Source: Candidatus Hermodarchaeota archaeon
GTDB taxonomy: Archaea > Asgardarchaeota > Thorarchaeia > Thorarchaeales > Thorarchaeaceae
Direction of reading: 5' to 3'
DNA: 25,778 bases
Assembly (NCBI GenBank): GCA_048885865.1
Contig: JBHLLF010000019.1
Coordinates: 14,299 to 40,076 of the forward strand
Below are positions 25,347 through 25,778 of the stretch, piece after piece. The position numbers were made by a program, and so were the translations under genes. Below the pieces are notes generated by a model, which did not search any database, was not told the origin of the DNA, and saw only the letters and a program-made list of their open reading frames with translations. The number at the start of each line of letters is the position of its first letter. The stretch's first letter is position 1.

Positions 25347-25778
25347 TCACCCCAAGGATAAAGTGAAATCACTGGCATTCAGCTCAGGATGGAAAACGCA
25401 CTTGGTTACTGTGCAATGCTTGCCAGTCTTCTCATTCAGTGCCGCGTAGAGAATTGCCATCATTGGACAGGGGGGAATCATGTTTGCATCCCCACCGCGG
25501 ATTATTGTCGTAGCGGGAGCAAAGATACATTCGCCAATATCCATGACTACCTCGTCATCAGATACGCTCACAATATTACATCTCTGCACGGCGCCAGATT
25601 TCTTGATTTCAGATGCAAAAGATTCCACAACAGATCTTACATCATTGCCTTCGATACTCAGCCCGAGCTGACTTAACAAGTCCTTTGCATCACCTTGGAA
25701 TGCATTTGCCATCTGAGTCCAGATGAGCGGAATATCAAGGCCCATGTTCACCATTGCTTCTGCAACTGCAACCATTAC
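25347..25778 (-). CDS. V4R/MetOD1/Bet3-like fold protein, probably 5'-truncated by the window edge
   Basis: VVMDIGECIF...PPCPMMAILYAAL...VTKC...DFTL matches the V4R-type Cys pattern; the frame is open to the end of the window. Confidence 0.65.
   Translation of the reverse strand, partial: VMVAVAEAMVNMGLDIPLIWTQMANAFQGDAKDLLSQLGLSIEGNDVRSVVESFASEIKKSGAVQRCNIVSVSDDEVVMDIGECIFAPATTIIRGGDANMIPPCPMMAILYAALNEKTGKHCTVTKCVFHPELNASDFTLSLG

Noticed and set aside
142-25676. Numerous plus-strand and alternate-frame ORFs in the track
   Set aside because: They are antisense or out-of-frame shadows of well-supported genes and have no recognisable motifs.
1-25778. CRISPR arrays, tRNA/rRNA genes, IS elements
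   Set aside because: I saw no spaced repeats, cloverleaf, transposase or integrase; the repeated sequence is explained by paralogous genes.

Overview
Archaeal window, most consistent with an Asgard (Thorarchaeia-like) genome. This is an inference from TATA boxes, GGTGA/GGAGG ribosome-binding sites, an archaeal-type GTP-PEPCK and a roadblock/longin/small-GTPase expansion. Almost all genes are on the minus strand, in three blocks. (1) Two tandem, paralogous heterodisulfide-reductase operons at <1-12995: hdrC-hdrB-mvhD-hdrA'-small wHTH-like gene-hdrA::GltD, then hdrC-hdrB-hdrA'::GltD-hdrA''. Each has a complementary pair of HdrA subunits, the NAD(P)H-binding GltD/NfnB-like module sits in opposite partners in the two operons, and both operons share an upstream palindromic motif. 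(2) Ordinary metabolic genes: a class I/II aminotransferase, an EamA transporter and pckG. (3) A signalling cluster at 17767->25778: V4R-like protein, an unlisted 41-aa Cys-containing microprotein, four roadblock/LC7 proteins, an MglA/CvnD-type small GTPase, a soluble 4xPAS histidine kinase with no receiver in the window, a GbsR/MarR-like wHTH protein, a longin + tandem-wHTH protein (NPRL2-like layout) and a tandem two-CW Cys-rich protein. Block 3 is the best candidate for an undescribed system: conservon-like in gene content, but built from folds that eukaryotes use in Rag-Ragulator, GATOR1 and TRAPP. I recognised no rRNA, tRNA, CRISPR array or mobile element. All domain calls are by eye; no searches were run.
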